Positions 55,212 to 64,000 of a stretch of 64,000 nt of DNA are shown here, piece by piece. Source of the stretch: Nitrosopumilaceae archaeon (GTDB lineage: Archaea > Thermoproteota > Nitrososphaeria > Nitrososphaerales > Nitrosopumilaceae); NCBI GenBank assembly GCA_965214835.1, contig CBDCCK010000002.1, forward strand, positions 1,856,001 through 1,920,000. The letters are read 5' to 3'. The notes beneath the pieces are model-generated. The model worked only from the letters and a program-made list of their open reading frames with translations. It had not been told where the DNA came from and made no database searches. A program made the translations under genes and the position numbers. Position 1 is the first letter of the stretch. Each line of letters starts with the position of its first letter.

Positions 55212-57497
55212 ATAGCAACATTGTCCTGATTCGGAACATCACGCTGGCAAGGGTCCACGGTAGGATTAGGTACGATTTCATATGGGAGATCTCCGCCATG
55301 GCCATTCTGACATGAACAAGACGAAAATCCTCACGGATGCCATGCGTGTGGAAAAGGATACCAGGATTCACACCAGAATTCTGGCGGTGCGCTCCGTACT
55401 GCTTGGCAACACCACTGCACAGACCGCAGAGATTGCCGACGTGACACAGCGTACCATACAGATGTGGGTCGAGAGGTTTGAGCTTGACGGCGTTGACGGT
55501 CTCCGTGACTCCCCCAACAGGGGCAAAAAGCCAAAGGTTCCAATCAACAGAATAAAAAAGATCGCCATGAGGCTGCGCAGGATGGAAAAGCTCACCCCAA
55601 AGAAGATGCGCAACTGGGTGCGCCGCAAACTGCATGTAACATACAGCGTTGGAAGCATCAGAAGAATCCTGCGCACGATGGGATTCTCGCTAAAGACGTC
55701 AACTACCAAGCTGGCAAATGCTGCCGACGCAAAGGAGGTAAGACGGTGGCAAAGGGAGGCAAAAGACACGATTAGGCTTGCAAAAAGGCGCGGATTCAGG
55801 ATAACCGTACAGGACGAGTCGATATTCGTCAGTACGGGAAGGGACGGCAAAAAGTTCTGGTCGCCAGTGGGGGACAGAATCGAGGTGCAACGATCCGGCA
55901 GAAGGGAGCGCGTCGTGGTATACGGAACGGTTGCAGACGACGGAACCAGGCTGATGCGTACATACGACAAGTTCAACAGCATAAACTTTGTGCGTTATCT
56001 CAAGCAGGCGCGCAAAAAGTGGGGAAAGGTTCTGATTGTGATGGACAACGCAGCACAGCATAGGACCGGAAGGGTCCGCATGTACCTGGAGAAAAATCCC
56101 GACGTTATCCTGCTGTACCTGCCAGTAGCCAGGCCGGAGCTGAGCGCCATAGAGCCAATCTGGAAGGATGCCAAGTACATACTGGTCACATCTGCCTTTT
56201 ACGATTCGGCAGATCACCTCAAAAGGGATGTCTCGGAATACTTTAGGACGTGTTCCATCAAGGTTGACATCTACAAATATCTTGAGCGCCGCGTGTAATC
56301 AGGCGAAATTTTCAATGATCGTCAGTATAGTCGTCAAGTACAACCCGGAATGGGAGAAGGATCTCAAGGATGCCAACCGTCACAAGGAGGGCGCCCCGTT
56401 CCTGTATGCAGAAGGCATGATAATGGCCGCAGCAGCCCTTAGGACTGCATTAATGATGAAGTACAGACAGCTGTCAGGCATGCTCGGGGAGATGCTAAAG
56501 GGCGCGGACTCGCCGTGTTACACCACGATATTCAGGAGAATACAAAAGCTTGACGTCGACATTGCAGAGCACGTAATCACGGTGCGCGACAAGACCCGTA
56601 ACCTGGTCATGATAGCCGATGCCACTGGCCTCAAGCAGCACAACCGAGGCGAGTGGATATGCAAAAAATGGAAGGTAAGGCGCAGATTTGTCAAGATGCA
56701 CCTGATGGTCGACGCAGACACCAAGCAGGTGCTGGCAGTATCTGTCACAAGTGATGCAGTCGGCGACAGCACGGAACTGCCTATACTGCTTGAGGAGGTG
56801 ACCAAGAACACCAAGGAAGAGGAGCAGCAGCAGGAACGCACCGACGACGCAGATGCAGTCAAGATTCCCAACATGCTTGCAGACGGGATCTCACCGATGA
56901 CCCTGCTTGACACCGGCGCGAATCCTGATACGCCGGGAAAGATCCTGCTTGCAGATGGCGCATACGGCTCAAGGAAGAACGTAGCCGAGTGCCACAAGCG
57001 CGGCATAAAACCACTCATACGGCTCTTGACAAGCTGTACTGCAAAGGGCAAGGGCACCGGCGACAAGTGGGGCATGCTTGTACGGTGGCAGCTTGGGGGC
57101 GGCCCCGAGGTGCCGGTGGGTGATCTCTCAAAGGAGGAAAGACAGGAGAACCTGCGGTACTGGAAGAGCACGGTCGGCTTCGGCAGCAGGTGGATAGTCG
57201 AGATCGTGATATCGTCCATAAAGCGCATGTTCGGCGAGGGCGTAATGGCCCTCAAGTGGTCCAATGTGGTGCAGGAGGTAAAGCTGAGGATATGGCTGTA
57301 CAACAAGTGGATCGCAGAGGCGGTGGCTGCCATGTAGGAACCTGGTGCCTGTAGTGATCCGGACGGAACGACTTGGCTCTAGTCGGAGTTATGCAACAAA
57401 CTAGATGTTGTACCATATTCCGGCCAGTATTGTGCAGGTAGCGGGATTAGCACCTAGGTGTGTCAATTACGCATAAAGTCTAATATAATTATCGTCC

Positions 57498-58541
57498 TTG
57501 ATACCGTATGTGGAAATAATCCGAAGTCGTGCCCCGCTGCGTATTAGCTTTGCAGGAGGCGGAACAGACGTGTCCCCGTATCCTGAATTAAAGGGAGGCG
57601 CAGTAATCAGTACCACCATAGACAGATACGCCTACGTATCATTACAGGCAAATCAAGAAAACCGAGTGCAGGTCAAATCCCACGACTATAATCTTTTGGA
57701 AACATTTGAGAACATCTCTGATATGACATACGACGGAAGATTAGACTTGGCCAAAGCCGCAATAAAGATATTGAATCTGGAAAAAACATATTTTGACGCA
57801 CTGATACATGTCGATTCCCCGCCAGGATCCGGCCTAGGATCATCTTCTGCTGTGGCCGTAAGCCTGATCGGTTCGCTATCTTATCTCCTGAGGAAAGATC
57901 TCTCTACTTACGAGATAGCAGAAAAGGCCTATGACGTGGAAAGAGTCGAATTGGGAATCAAGGGCGGCAAACAGGATCAATACGCATCATCTTTTGGCGG
58001 GTTCAACCTTCTGGAGTTTAAAAAATCATCCGTTGACGTTACCCCGCTTCGAATAAGACACGAAATTTTAAACGAATTACTGGCCTCTATTGTGATCTGT
58101 GACACGCAGGTTACTCGACTGTCTGCTAACATCCTTGAAAGACAGTCAAAGAGCTACTCAAAGGGAAGCAATACCATTGATTCTAACCTAGATTTCATAA
58201 AAAAATCTGCCTATGACATGAAAGCCTCTCTAATCAAAGGCGACATGACAAGTATGGGCGAACTGCTACACGAGGGCTGGATGTATAAAAAGAGACTTGA
58301 CAGCGAGATTAGCAATTCGTCAATTGATAAAATTTATGACACTGCCTTGGAAAATGGCGCATCCGGAGGAAAACTGCTGGGGGCCGGCGGAGGCGGGCAT
58401 TTTCTGTTCATTTGTGATCCGGACAAACGCAATGAAGTCTCGCGTGTTGTAGAAAAGCTAGGCTGCAAACAAATCAAGATAAATTTTGATACTGAGGGAC
58501 TGCAGGTGTGGAAAAAAAACAACGATCACATCACATATTGA
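57498..58541 (+). CDS. hddA: D-glycero-alpha-D-manno-heptose-7-phosphate kinase (GHMP family)
   Basis: 'RAPLRISFAGGGTDV', 'PPGSGLGSSS', 'GGKQDQY' and 'KLLGAGGGG'. Confidence 0.85.
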   Translation: MIPYVEIIRSRAPLRISFAGGGTDVSPYPELKGGAVISTTIDRYAYVSLQANQENRVQVKSHDYNLLETFENISDMTYDGRLDLAKAAIKILNLEKTYFDALIHVDSPPGSGLGSSSAVAVSLIGSLSYLLRKDLSTYEIAEKAYDVERVELGIKGGKQDQYASSFGGFNLLEFKKSSVDVTPLRIRHEILNELLASIVICDTQVTRLSANILERQSKSYSKGSNTIDSNLDFIKKSAYDMKASLIKGDMTSMGELLHEGWMYKKRLDSEISNSSIDKIYDTALENGASGGKLLGAGGGGHFLFICDPDKRNEVSRVVEKLGCKQIKINFDTEGLQVWKKNNDHITY

Positions 58542-58588
58542 CGACAACATCAAACAGTTTAATACCGTACGCTGATGATGCCTAAAGC

Positions 58589-59197
58589 ATGAAATACACT
58601 CATTTTATAGAACGCGAACTACAAAGCAGCATAGACATAAAAAAATCACTTTTGGCAGACATCCAGACAATTCAAAAAATCGGAAAAATTATGATCAAAT
58701 CCATCAACTCAAACCACGGCATATTCTTTCTTGGAAATGGCGGCAGTGCTGCCGATGCGCAACACATGGCAGCCGAATTGGTGGGGCTGTTTGGCCACAA
58801 CGTAAAGCGAGCTGCACTTCCTGCAGTTGCCCTGACTACTAACTCGTCCATTCTTACTGCAGTATCCAACGACATTTCCTTTGATATGGTATTCTCAAGA
58901 CAGGTTGAAGCTTTTGTTAAAAAGGGCGATGTGGTGGTGGGGATAAGTACCTCTGGACGCTCAAAAAACATTATTGAGGCAATAAGGCTTGCCAAGAAAA
59001 AGGGCGCCATCACAATTGCTCTTACCGGAAAAAACAAGAGTCCCCTCTCAAAAATTGCCGATGTTTCCATGCATGCTCCCTCAAACAATACCCAAAGAAT
59101 TCAGGAATGCCACATTACACTGGGCCACATCTTCTGTGGAATGATTGAGAATTCCCTCAAGCCTGATTTCATTCTGACTGCAGGAAAGAAGGCTTAA
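58589..59197 (+). CDS. gmhA: Sedoheptulose-7-phosphate isomerase
   Basis: 'GNGGSAADAQH', 'GISTSGRS' and 'RIQECH'. Confidence 0.95.
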   Translation: MKYTHFIERELQSSIDIKKSLLADIQTIQKIGKIMIKSINSNHGIFFLGNGGSAADAQHMAAELVGLFGHNVKRAALPAVALTTNSSILTAVSNDISFDMVFSRQVEAFVKKGDVVVGISTSGRSKNIIEAIRLAKKKGAITIALTGKNKSPLSKIADVSMHAPSNNTQRIQECHITLGHIFCGMIENSLKPDFILTAGKKA

Positions 59198-59221
59198 TAT
59201 TGAATCGTACTTTGCCCAATA

Positions 59222-60184
59222 ATGTTGAGGGTATTTGTTACTGGAATTACCGGCTTTGTGGGAAGCCACCTGGCAGAATACATCCTGGACAAGCACCCCG
59301 AATACGAGGTTCACGGTGGTTCCAGATGGAGAAGTGATCTGCAAAACGTCAGACACCTAGATGGAAAGATCTCCATGCATGACTTTGAGCTGCGTGACGG
59401 AAAATCCGTAGAGAACGTAATTAAAAACGTTCGGCCGGAAAAAATATTCCACCTTGCGGCCCAATCCTATGTGATGTCAAGCTACGAGCATCCGCGCGAT
59501 ACCATCGAAACAAACGTTATTGGAACGCTGAACCTTTTTGAGGCCATTAGAAAGTCAGACATCGATCCGGTCGTGCATGTCTGCAGTTCTTCAGAGGTGT
59601 ACGGCAGGGTTAACCCTGATGAGATACCCATCAAGGAAACCAACGAATTAAGGCCTGCCAGTCCGTATGCCCTGAGCAAAGTGGGCGAAGATCGGCTTGG
59701 ATTTCAGTATTTTAATTCCTACGGGATCAAAAACATCATGACTAGGGCATTTACCCACACCGGCCCGCGCAGAGGCAGCGTATTTGCAGAATCCAGTTTT
59801 GCCAAGCAAATAGCCGAAGCTGAAAACGGAAAACGCGAGCCTGTTGTCAGTACAGGCAATCTGGACTCTGTTCGAACTTTTCTTGATGTAAGGGACATTG
59901 TTCACGCATACTGGCTGCTGACTGAAAAATGCGTTCCCGGCGAGGCATACAATGTAGGCGGAAAAACCACAATGAAGGTCGGAGAGATGCTTGACCTGAT
60001 GATTGGCATGAGCGACAAAGAAATCACGACAAGGCAGGATCCAAGGCGCATGAGGCCCTCAGACGTCACATTACAAATTCCTGATACCTCCAAGTTTGCA
60101 GAAAAAACCGGCTGGAAACCCACAATTCCGGTTGAAAAGACGTTCAGGGATCTTTTGGATTACTGGCGTGATCTAACAAAATAA
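59222..60184 (+). CDS. GDP-mannose/GDP-heptose 4,6-dehydratase-like SDR enzyme
   Basis: 'VTGITGFVGSHL', 'HLAAQSYV', 'SSSEVYG', 'SPYALSK' and 'RAFTHTGPR'. Confidence 0.85.
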   Translation: MLRVFVTGITGFVGSHLAEYILDKHPEYEVHGGSRWRSDLQNVRHLDGKISMHDFELRDGKSVENVIKNVRPEKIFHLAAQSYVMSSYEHPRDTIETNVIGTLNLFEAIRKSDIDPVVHVCSSSEVYGRVNPDEIPIKETNELRPASPYALSKVGEDRLGFQYFNSYGIKNIMTRAFTHTGPRRGSVFAESSFAKQIAEAENGKREPVVSTGNLDSVRTFLDVRDIVHAYWLLTEKCVPGEAYNVGGKTTMKVGEMLDLMIGMSDKEITTRQDPRRMRPSDVTLQIPDTSKFAEKTGWKPTIPVEKTFRDLLDYWRDLTK

Positions 60185-60416
60185 AAGGCCTAAAAATTAT
60201 GGGACATGACGACAGAGAGTTGATTTGAACTTTACAGACAGACAATTCACCATTTGCAGGCATCATTTTGATCGATTTGATGCAAATCTGCTTATGTGTG
60301 ATCCGAGTCTGCTGATTTCGAGCCAACCCTCCGGCAAACGTGATTTTCATATAAAACGTGTCACGTGACCGGGGTTGTAATGACAAATTTTTATTGAATA
60401 CAAACTACAAGACGAC

Positions 60417-60902
60417 ATGAAGCGCGGATTGTTCCTGGATCGTGACGGCGTACTAAATTTCAAGGCTGAATCCTATGTGACTACAGCAGATGAACTGGTG
60501 CTGCTTCCAGACGTCGGAAAACATCTGAGGAAGTTTCAGGAATGCGGTTTTCAGCTGTTTGTGGTTACTAACCAGTCTGCAATAAACCGTGGACTGCTAA
60601 GTCATGAAACCCTGAATAAAATCCACCAGAAGCTGTTACATCAATTATCCGCAGATGGCGTTACCGTAAAAAAAATCTATTACTGCCCGCACAAACCAGA
60701 AGAGAGGTGTGCATGCCGCAAACCAAAAAACGCATTGTTTGAAAAAGCCCTAAGGGACAACCGTCTTGATCCCTCACAATCCTGGATGATAGGAGATTCA
60801 AACTCCGATGTTGAGGCTGCAATCGCTTCCGGCATAAACCCATTTAAAATAAGAACCAATTCCTCCTTGCTGGCCTGCATTGAGAAGATCTTAGACGGCT
60901 GA
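60417..60902 (+). CDS. gmhB: D,D-heptose-1,7-bisphosphate phosphatase (HAD family)
   Basis: 'FLDRDGV', 'VTNQS', 'CPH...CACRKP' and 'MIGDS'. Confidence 0.9.
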   Translation: MKRGLFLDRDGVLNFKAESYVTTADELVLLPDVGKHLRKFQECGFQLFVVTNQSAINRGLLSHETLNKIHQKLLHQLSADGVTVKKIYYCPHKPEERCACRKPKNALFEKALRDNRLDPSQSWMIGDSNSDVEAAIASGINPFKIRTNSSLLACIEKILDG

Positions 60903-61089
60903 AACCCATCTGTTTTTTAGAACTTTACGAAATAGATGCCTGTTATTTTTTCCTTGATCAAAGAATCGGGAGACTGCAGATGCGTCTGTGATCGTATGAG
61001 TTTACCCCGTCTCGAGGAATACGGCGCGGTAGGCACGATCATAAAGATCCCGGCCAGTCCTGTCGCCTGAGGGGTAAACTCGTACAGAC

Positions 61090-61668
61090 GTATCTACTAG
61101 ACATTCCATCATTTTATACTTTCTTTGCATGAGTTCATTGTTCTGCGTGTGGTATTCTGTTTCATAGGTCAACATGTGCCAGATCACCTTTGCAGGCGTT
61201 CTGGCCACGACTACCTTGGTCTTGACATGATGCGCCAGATGCACGTCTATTTGCACATCCTTAAGCATGTCATGCAGCAGAATCCAGTTCCCCGTAGCCT
61301 CGCAGACTGCACAAATCTTGCGTTCTGCATATCCCTAGCTGATCTGTCCTGCAAATTTTTTATCCCGTAGGTTGTGTTGGAAAACTCCGCCTGGTCCAGA
61401 ATCCCTGCAGTCTGGTCCTTGATGACTGCTACGTACGTCCTTTTATGGGCGTCTATTCCTACGTTGATCATGTTATCACCTCCTTTCTGATCAAAATGCC
61501 TGATCCGGGCGGAATCTCCCATTCACCGTCTTCTGCGCGGTACATTGCTTTCCGCCTGCTGTTACGAGTCAGTCTATAAAACACCCTTGTACATGGTAAG
61601 TTCCGATCGACTCTCAGGCCCAACAGTAATGGCATATCACAGGATACAGATAAGATTTCATATAGCGT
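61090..61668 (-). mobile_element. Degenerate IS110 subfamily-B element (left end intact, transposase internally deleted)
   Basis: 'MINVGIDAHKRT'; the leader is highly similar to 53554-53750. Confidence 0.8.
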
Positions 61669-61731
61669 CTACTGAGAATAGGAACACTTTTTTTTCGCAC
61701 ACTTTTTGAGTCAGGAGGCCGAGTCACAAAT

Positions 61732-62907
61732 ATGACCAAGAAAGCATGGAGTACGCAGGACAAGATAGAGATAGTCATGGAGCACATCAACACCAATAAG
61801 GACGCGCACACGAGTCACCTCATGGATCCCGGCGGGGCAGACGGGCAGCAAAAGGCAAGGCCGGCAAGGCGCCTGTCTGGATTCGGGGCAGCTGCCAGGT
61901 ACTGCGGCTCTAAGATGTCCAAGTTCGGTGGGGCCCTATACGCATCTTGCACGGCAAAGGACAGGATCAGGGTCGCCTTTATCTACAAGCCGTCTTGGAG
62001 ATACTATGACCGAAACAACTCCATCAACAACAGGTACTATTTCTTTTTTCAGGCGCTACGGAGAAACAGGAACCTCCAGATGGGCTATTTTCCCGCAGAG
62101 CATACGTTTGATACGGCAAAGCTCAGGGGAAAGTACGATGTCATACTGTGTACGAACAGCGAGATCAGCACGCCGCAGCTAAACGGCGCCCGGGATCTGG
62201 GCATCCCGGTGATTGCCCACACGCACGACCCACACCACATCAAAACGTTTGATCTAGTCGGCTTTCATGAAAAGTACGGGGTGGACTATTACTTTAACTT
62301 CATACCTGCCAGTTATTTTTACAAGTACCTTCCAAGGGACTTTGGGTACAGGATGATAACTTATGGTGTCGAGCCAGATCTGCCACATCTGCCCGCATTC
62401 GCAGACCGGATAAGGGATCGCATTCTGCTTACGGGGACGCTCTGGAAGGGGAACGCAAACGACCCTGTCCAAAACCCCTATACGCTGAGGAGGACGTGCA
62501 GGGATCTGCCGTACGTCGACTATGCCGGGGTCGTGCCAGGCACCATCCAGTACGTGCACGCAGGACATCCGGACTTTATAACACACCTGTCACGGTACAG
62601 GGCAACCATAACCGCAACGAGGTACTTTCCTACCATCAAGTACTACGAGTCCACGGCTGCCGGATGCCTGACGTTCATGGAGTTCTCAGAGGAAAGCCAC
62701 GGCGGGTACCTAGGATTCCGGGACGGGGAGAGCGCAGTGTTTATCGACTCTAAAAACTACAAAAAAAGGTTCGAGGAATACTTGGCCTCTCCAGATGATC
62801 CAAAGTGGGCGCAAATAGCGGCGCGCGGAAAAAGACACACCATGGAGAACCTCACAAACGACAAGGCGGCCGAGTCCCTTGTGGACCTGATGCGGGAGCT
62901 GATCTGA
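61732..62907 (+). CDS. Putative GT-B glycosyltransferase fused in frame to an IS3 orfA N-terminus
   Basis: The first 22 aa and upstream DNA match the IS3 left end at 12941-13274; the rest is near-identical to 2342-3290. Confidence 0.75.
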   Translation: MTKKAWSTQDKIEIVMEHINTNKDAHTSHLMDPGGADGQQKARPARRLSGFGAAARYCGSKMSKFGGALYASCTAKDRIRVAFIYKPSWRYYDRNNSINNRYYFFFQALRRNRNLQMGYFPAEHTFDTAKLRGKYDVILCTNSEISTPQLNGARDLGIPVIAHTHDPHHIKTFDLVGFHEKYGVDYYFNFIPASYFYKYLPRDFGYRMITYGVEPDLPHLPAFADRIRDRILLTGTLWKGNANDPVQNPYTLRRTCRDLPYVDYAGVVPGTIQYVHAGHPDFITHLSRYRATITATRYFPTIKYYESTAAGCLTFMEFSEESHGGYLGFRDGESAVFIDSKNYKKRFEEYLASPDDPKWAQIAARGKRHTMENLTNDKAAESLVDLMRELI

Positions 62908-63261
62908 GTCTTTGCATGTTTTTTGCCTCTTCCCAGAGAAGCGATTCGAAATTAGAGACCGTACGAATTTTTCAAATAATTTCACAGATAATCTGTATTT
63001 TGTTGATGTTTTGGGGGTTGTCGCCTAATTCCACTTGTTTGACTCAATCTGCACGTTTTTCTGAATTTCTGCCCCTTTGCATGCCTGATCCATGTGGCAT
63101 CTCAGCGGTTCTCAGGAATTCTGGCGAATTAGGCGACAACCCCGATGTTTTGAGCTGATTTACGCAAATTCGTCCACAAATAATCAGAATCTGCCAATTT
63201 CGAACCAACTCTCAGGGGCGAGATAAGGATGGCAGAAATGAGCGGCTGGTTGATGTAGATG

Positions 63262-64000
63262 TTACGTATACTTGACGTCCCCGTGTGCCGTACCACCGTT
63301 TCCTCCGCCCGAAGAGTCCGACAGATCGCCCTCGAACTCAAGGTGCATCAGGAGCGCACCATCATAGTCTCCCATACACGCATGATCACCGGTAAGCGCG
63401 TCGACGGTGCCGGTGCCTTTGGTGTCTGACACGGTAGCCATCTCCACATGGCATTTGTGTACGTCCGATATGTAGTCGGCAGGCAACCGTGCCGAGTATA
63501 TCATGATATCATCCAGCACGGTATCCTGTGCAGGATTTCTGCCGATGCTACTAGCACCTATCGCAAGCCGGTGATCATTTGCAACGGATCCTGCCAGCGA
63601 CGTGTTGTACCAGCGCAGATTGTCGATCTGTCCGTCCACGTACACGTCGAGTCCGCCCCTGTCTCCTGAGCCATCATAGGTAAACACGATGTGGTGCCAG
63701 CGGCCGTCGGTCATGCCGGAGAACGTGCCGACGGTGATCTGGCTTTGCGCATCGTCTGCCATCCGGAATGAAATCCCGCCATATGGGTTGCCCCATACGG
63801 TGATGCCCTGCTGCCTGGCCGCGTCAGCCTTTGAGATGATCAACGAGTCAGGGTTGCCGGGTTCGAGCATCTTGATCCAGAAGGCTATGCTGAACGGATC
63901 GGCCCCACCGAGATCGAGTCCGGGTGCGGCGGCAAGCGTGACGTATGCAGTGCCGTCAAGGTGGAGGGCCCGGCCGGCGGGGCCGTATGCAGGCAGGGAC
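63262..64000 (-). CDS. LamG/concanavalin-like domain protein (partial, 5' end outside window)
   Basis: 'FSIAFWIK', 'DGRWHHIVFTYDG', 'YVDG' and 'LDDIMIY'. Confidence 0.85.
   Translation of the reverse strand, partial: SLPAYGPAGRALHLDGTAYVTLAAAPGLDLGGADPFSIAFWIKMLEPGNPDSLIISKADAARQQGITVWGNPYGGISFRMADDAQSQITVGTFSGMTDGRWHHIVFTYDGSGDRGGLDVYVDGQIDNLRWYNTSLAGSVANDHRLAIGASSIGRNPAQDTVLDDIMIYSARLPADYISDVHKCHVEMATVSDTKGTGTVDALTGDHACMGDYDGALLMHLEFEGDLSDSSGGGNGGTAHGDVKYT

Larger units (their letters stand above)
53554..55286 (+). mobile_element. Internally deleted IS110 subfamily-B element with both ends retained
   Basis: AG core on both sides, subterminal IR ATATGAAATC/GATTTCATAT, and C-terminal transposase 'KAKIVVARHML..IWHML'. 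The empty site is visible in the IS630 paralog. Confidence 0.85.
53500..56327 (+). mobile_element. IS630 element (paralog of 5925-7018; transposase 55312-56298) with nested insertions
   Basis: Same TIRs and a TA duplication. Confidence 0.88.
53336..57404 (+). mobile_element. IS5-family (IS903-like) element with its transposase split as 53427-53499 + 56330-57337
   Basis: TIR CTAGTTTGTTGCATAAC; motifs 'ADATGLK', 'VKMHL', 'ADGAYGS' and 'RWIVE'. Confidence 0.85.

Noticed and set aside
1-64000. tRNA, rRNA, TnpB/IscB, integrase or phage genes
   Set aside because: No recognisable motifs were seen by eye; covariance-model and HMM searches were not run.

Overview
This 64-kb window is an accessory region densely packed with insertion sequences (IS). 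It most likely comes from an archaeon of the Nitrosopumilaceae/Cenarchaeum type; this is inferred from GGAGGTGAT ribosome-binding sites, giant LVIVD-repeat surface proteins and archaeal IS types. It contains four kinds of material. (1) A cell-surface glycan locus: GT4 glycosyltransferases, a ~2,400-aa multi-domain GT2/GT4 glycosyltransferase broken by two repeat-borne frameshifts, wzm/wzt export genes with wzm split by an IS, a heptose pathway (hddA, gmhA, dehydratase, gmhB) and a methyltransferase. (2) Two giant secreted LVIVD-repeat proteins ending in eight copies of a 57-aa 'RPDLQAAYPE' domain; one copy of the same domain occurs inside the giant glycosyltransferase. (3) Low-GC, defence-like modules: a DprA + phosphoribosyltransferase pair, a three-gene PIN operon and a type III restriction remnant. 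(4) Many IS66, IS630, IS5, IS4/ISH3, IS3 and IS110 elements plus at least six MITE families, including a deep nest of elements. The strongest sequence-level signal is in the IS110 derivatives. Their ~200-nt non-coding left ends contain 7-nt segments that match their own insertion-site flanks and the element's right end, and these segments co-vary between two subfamilies, consistent with archaeal bridge-RNA-guided elements.
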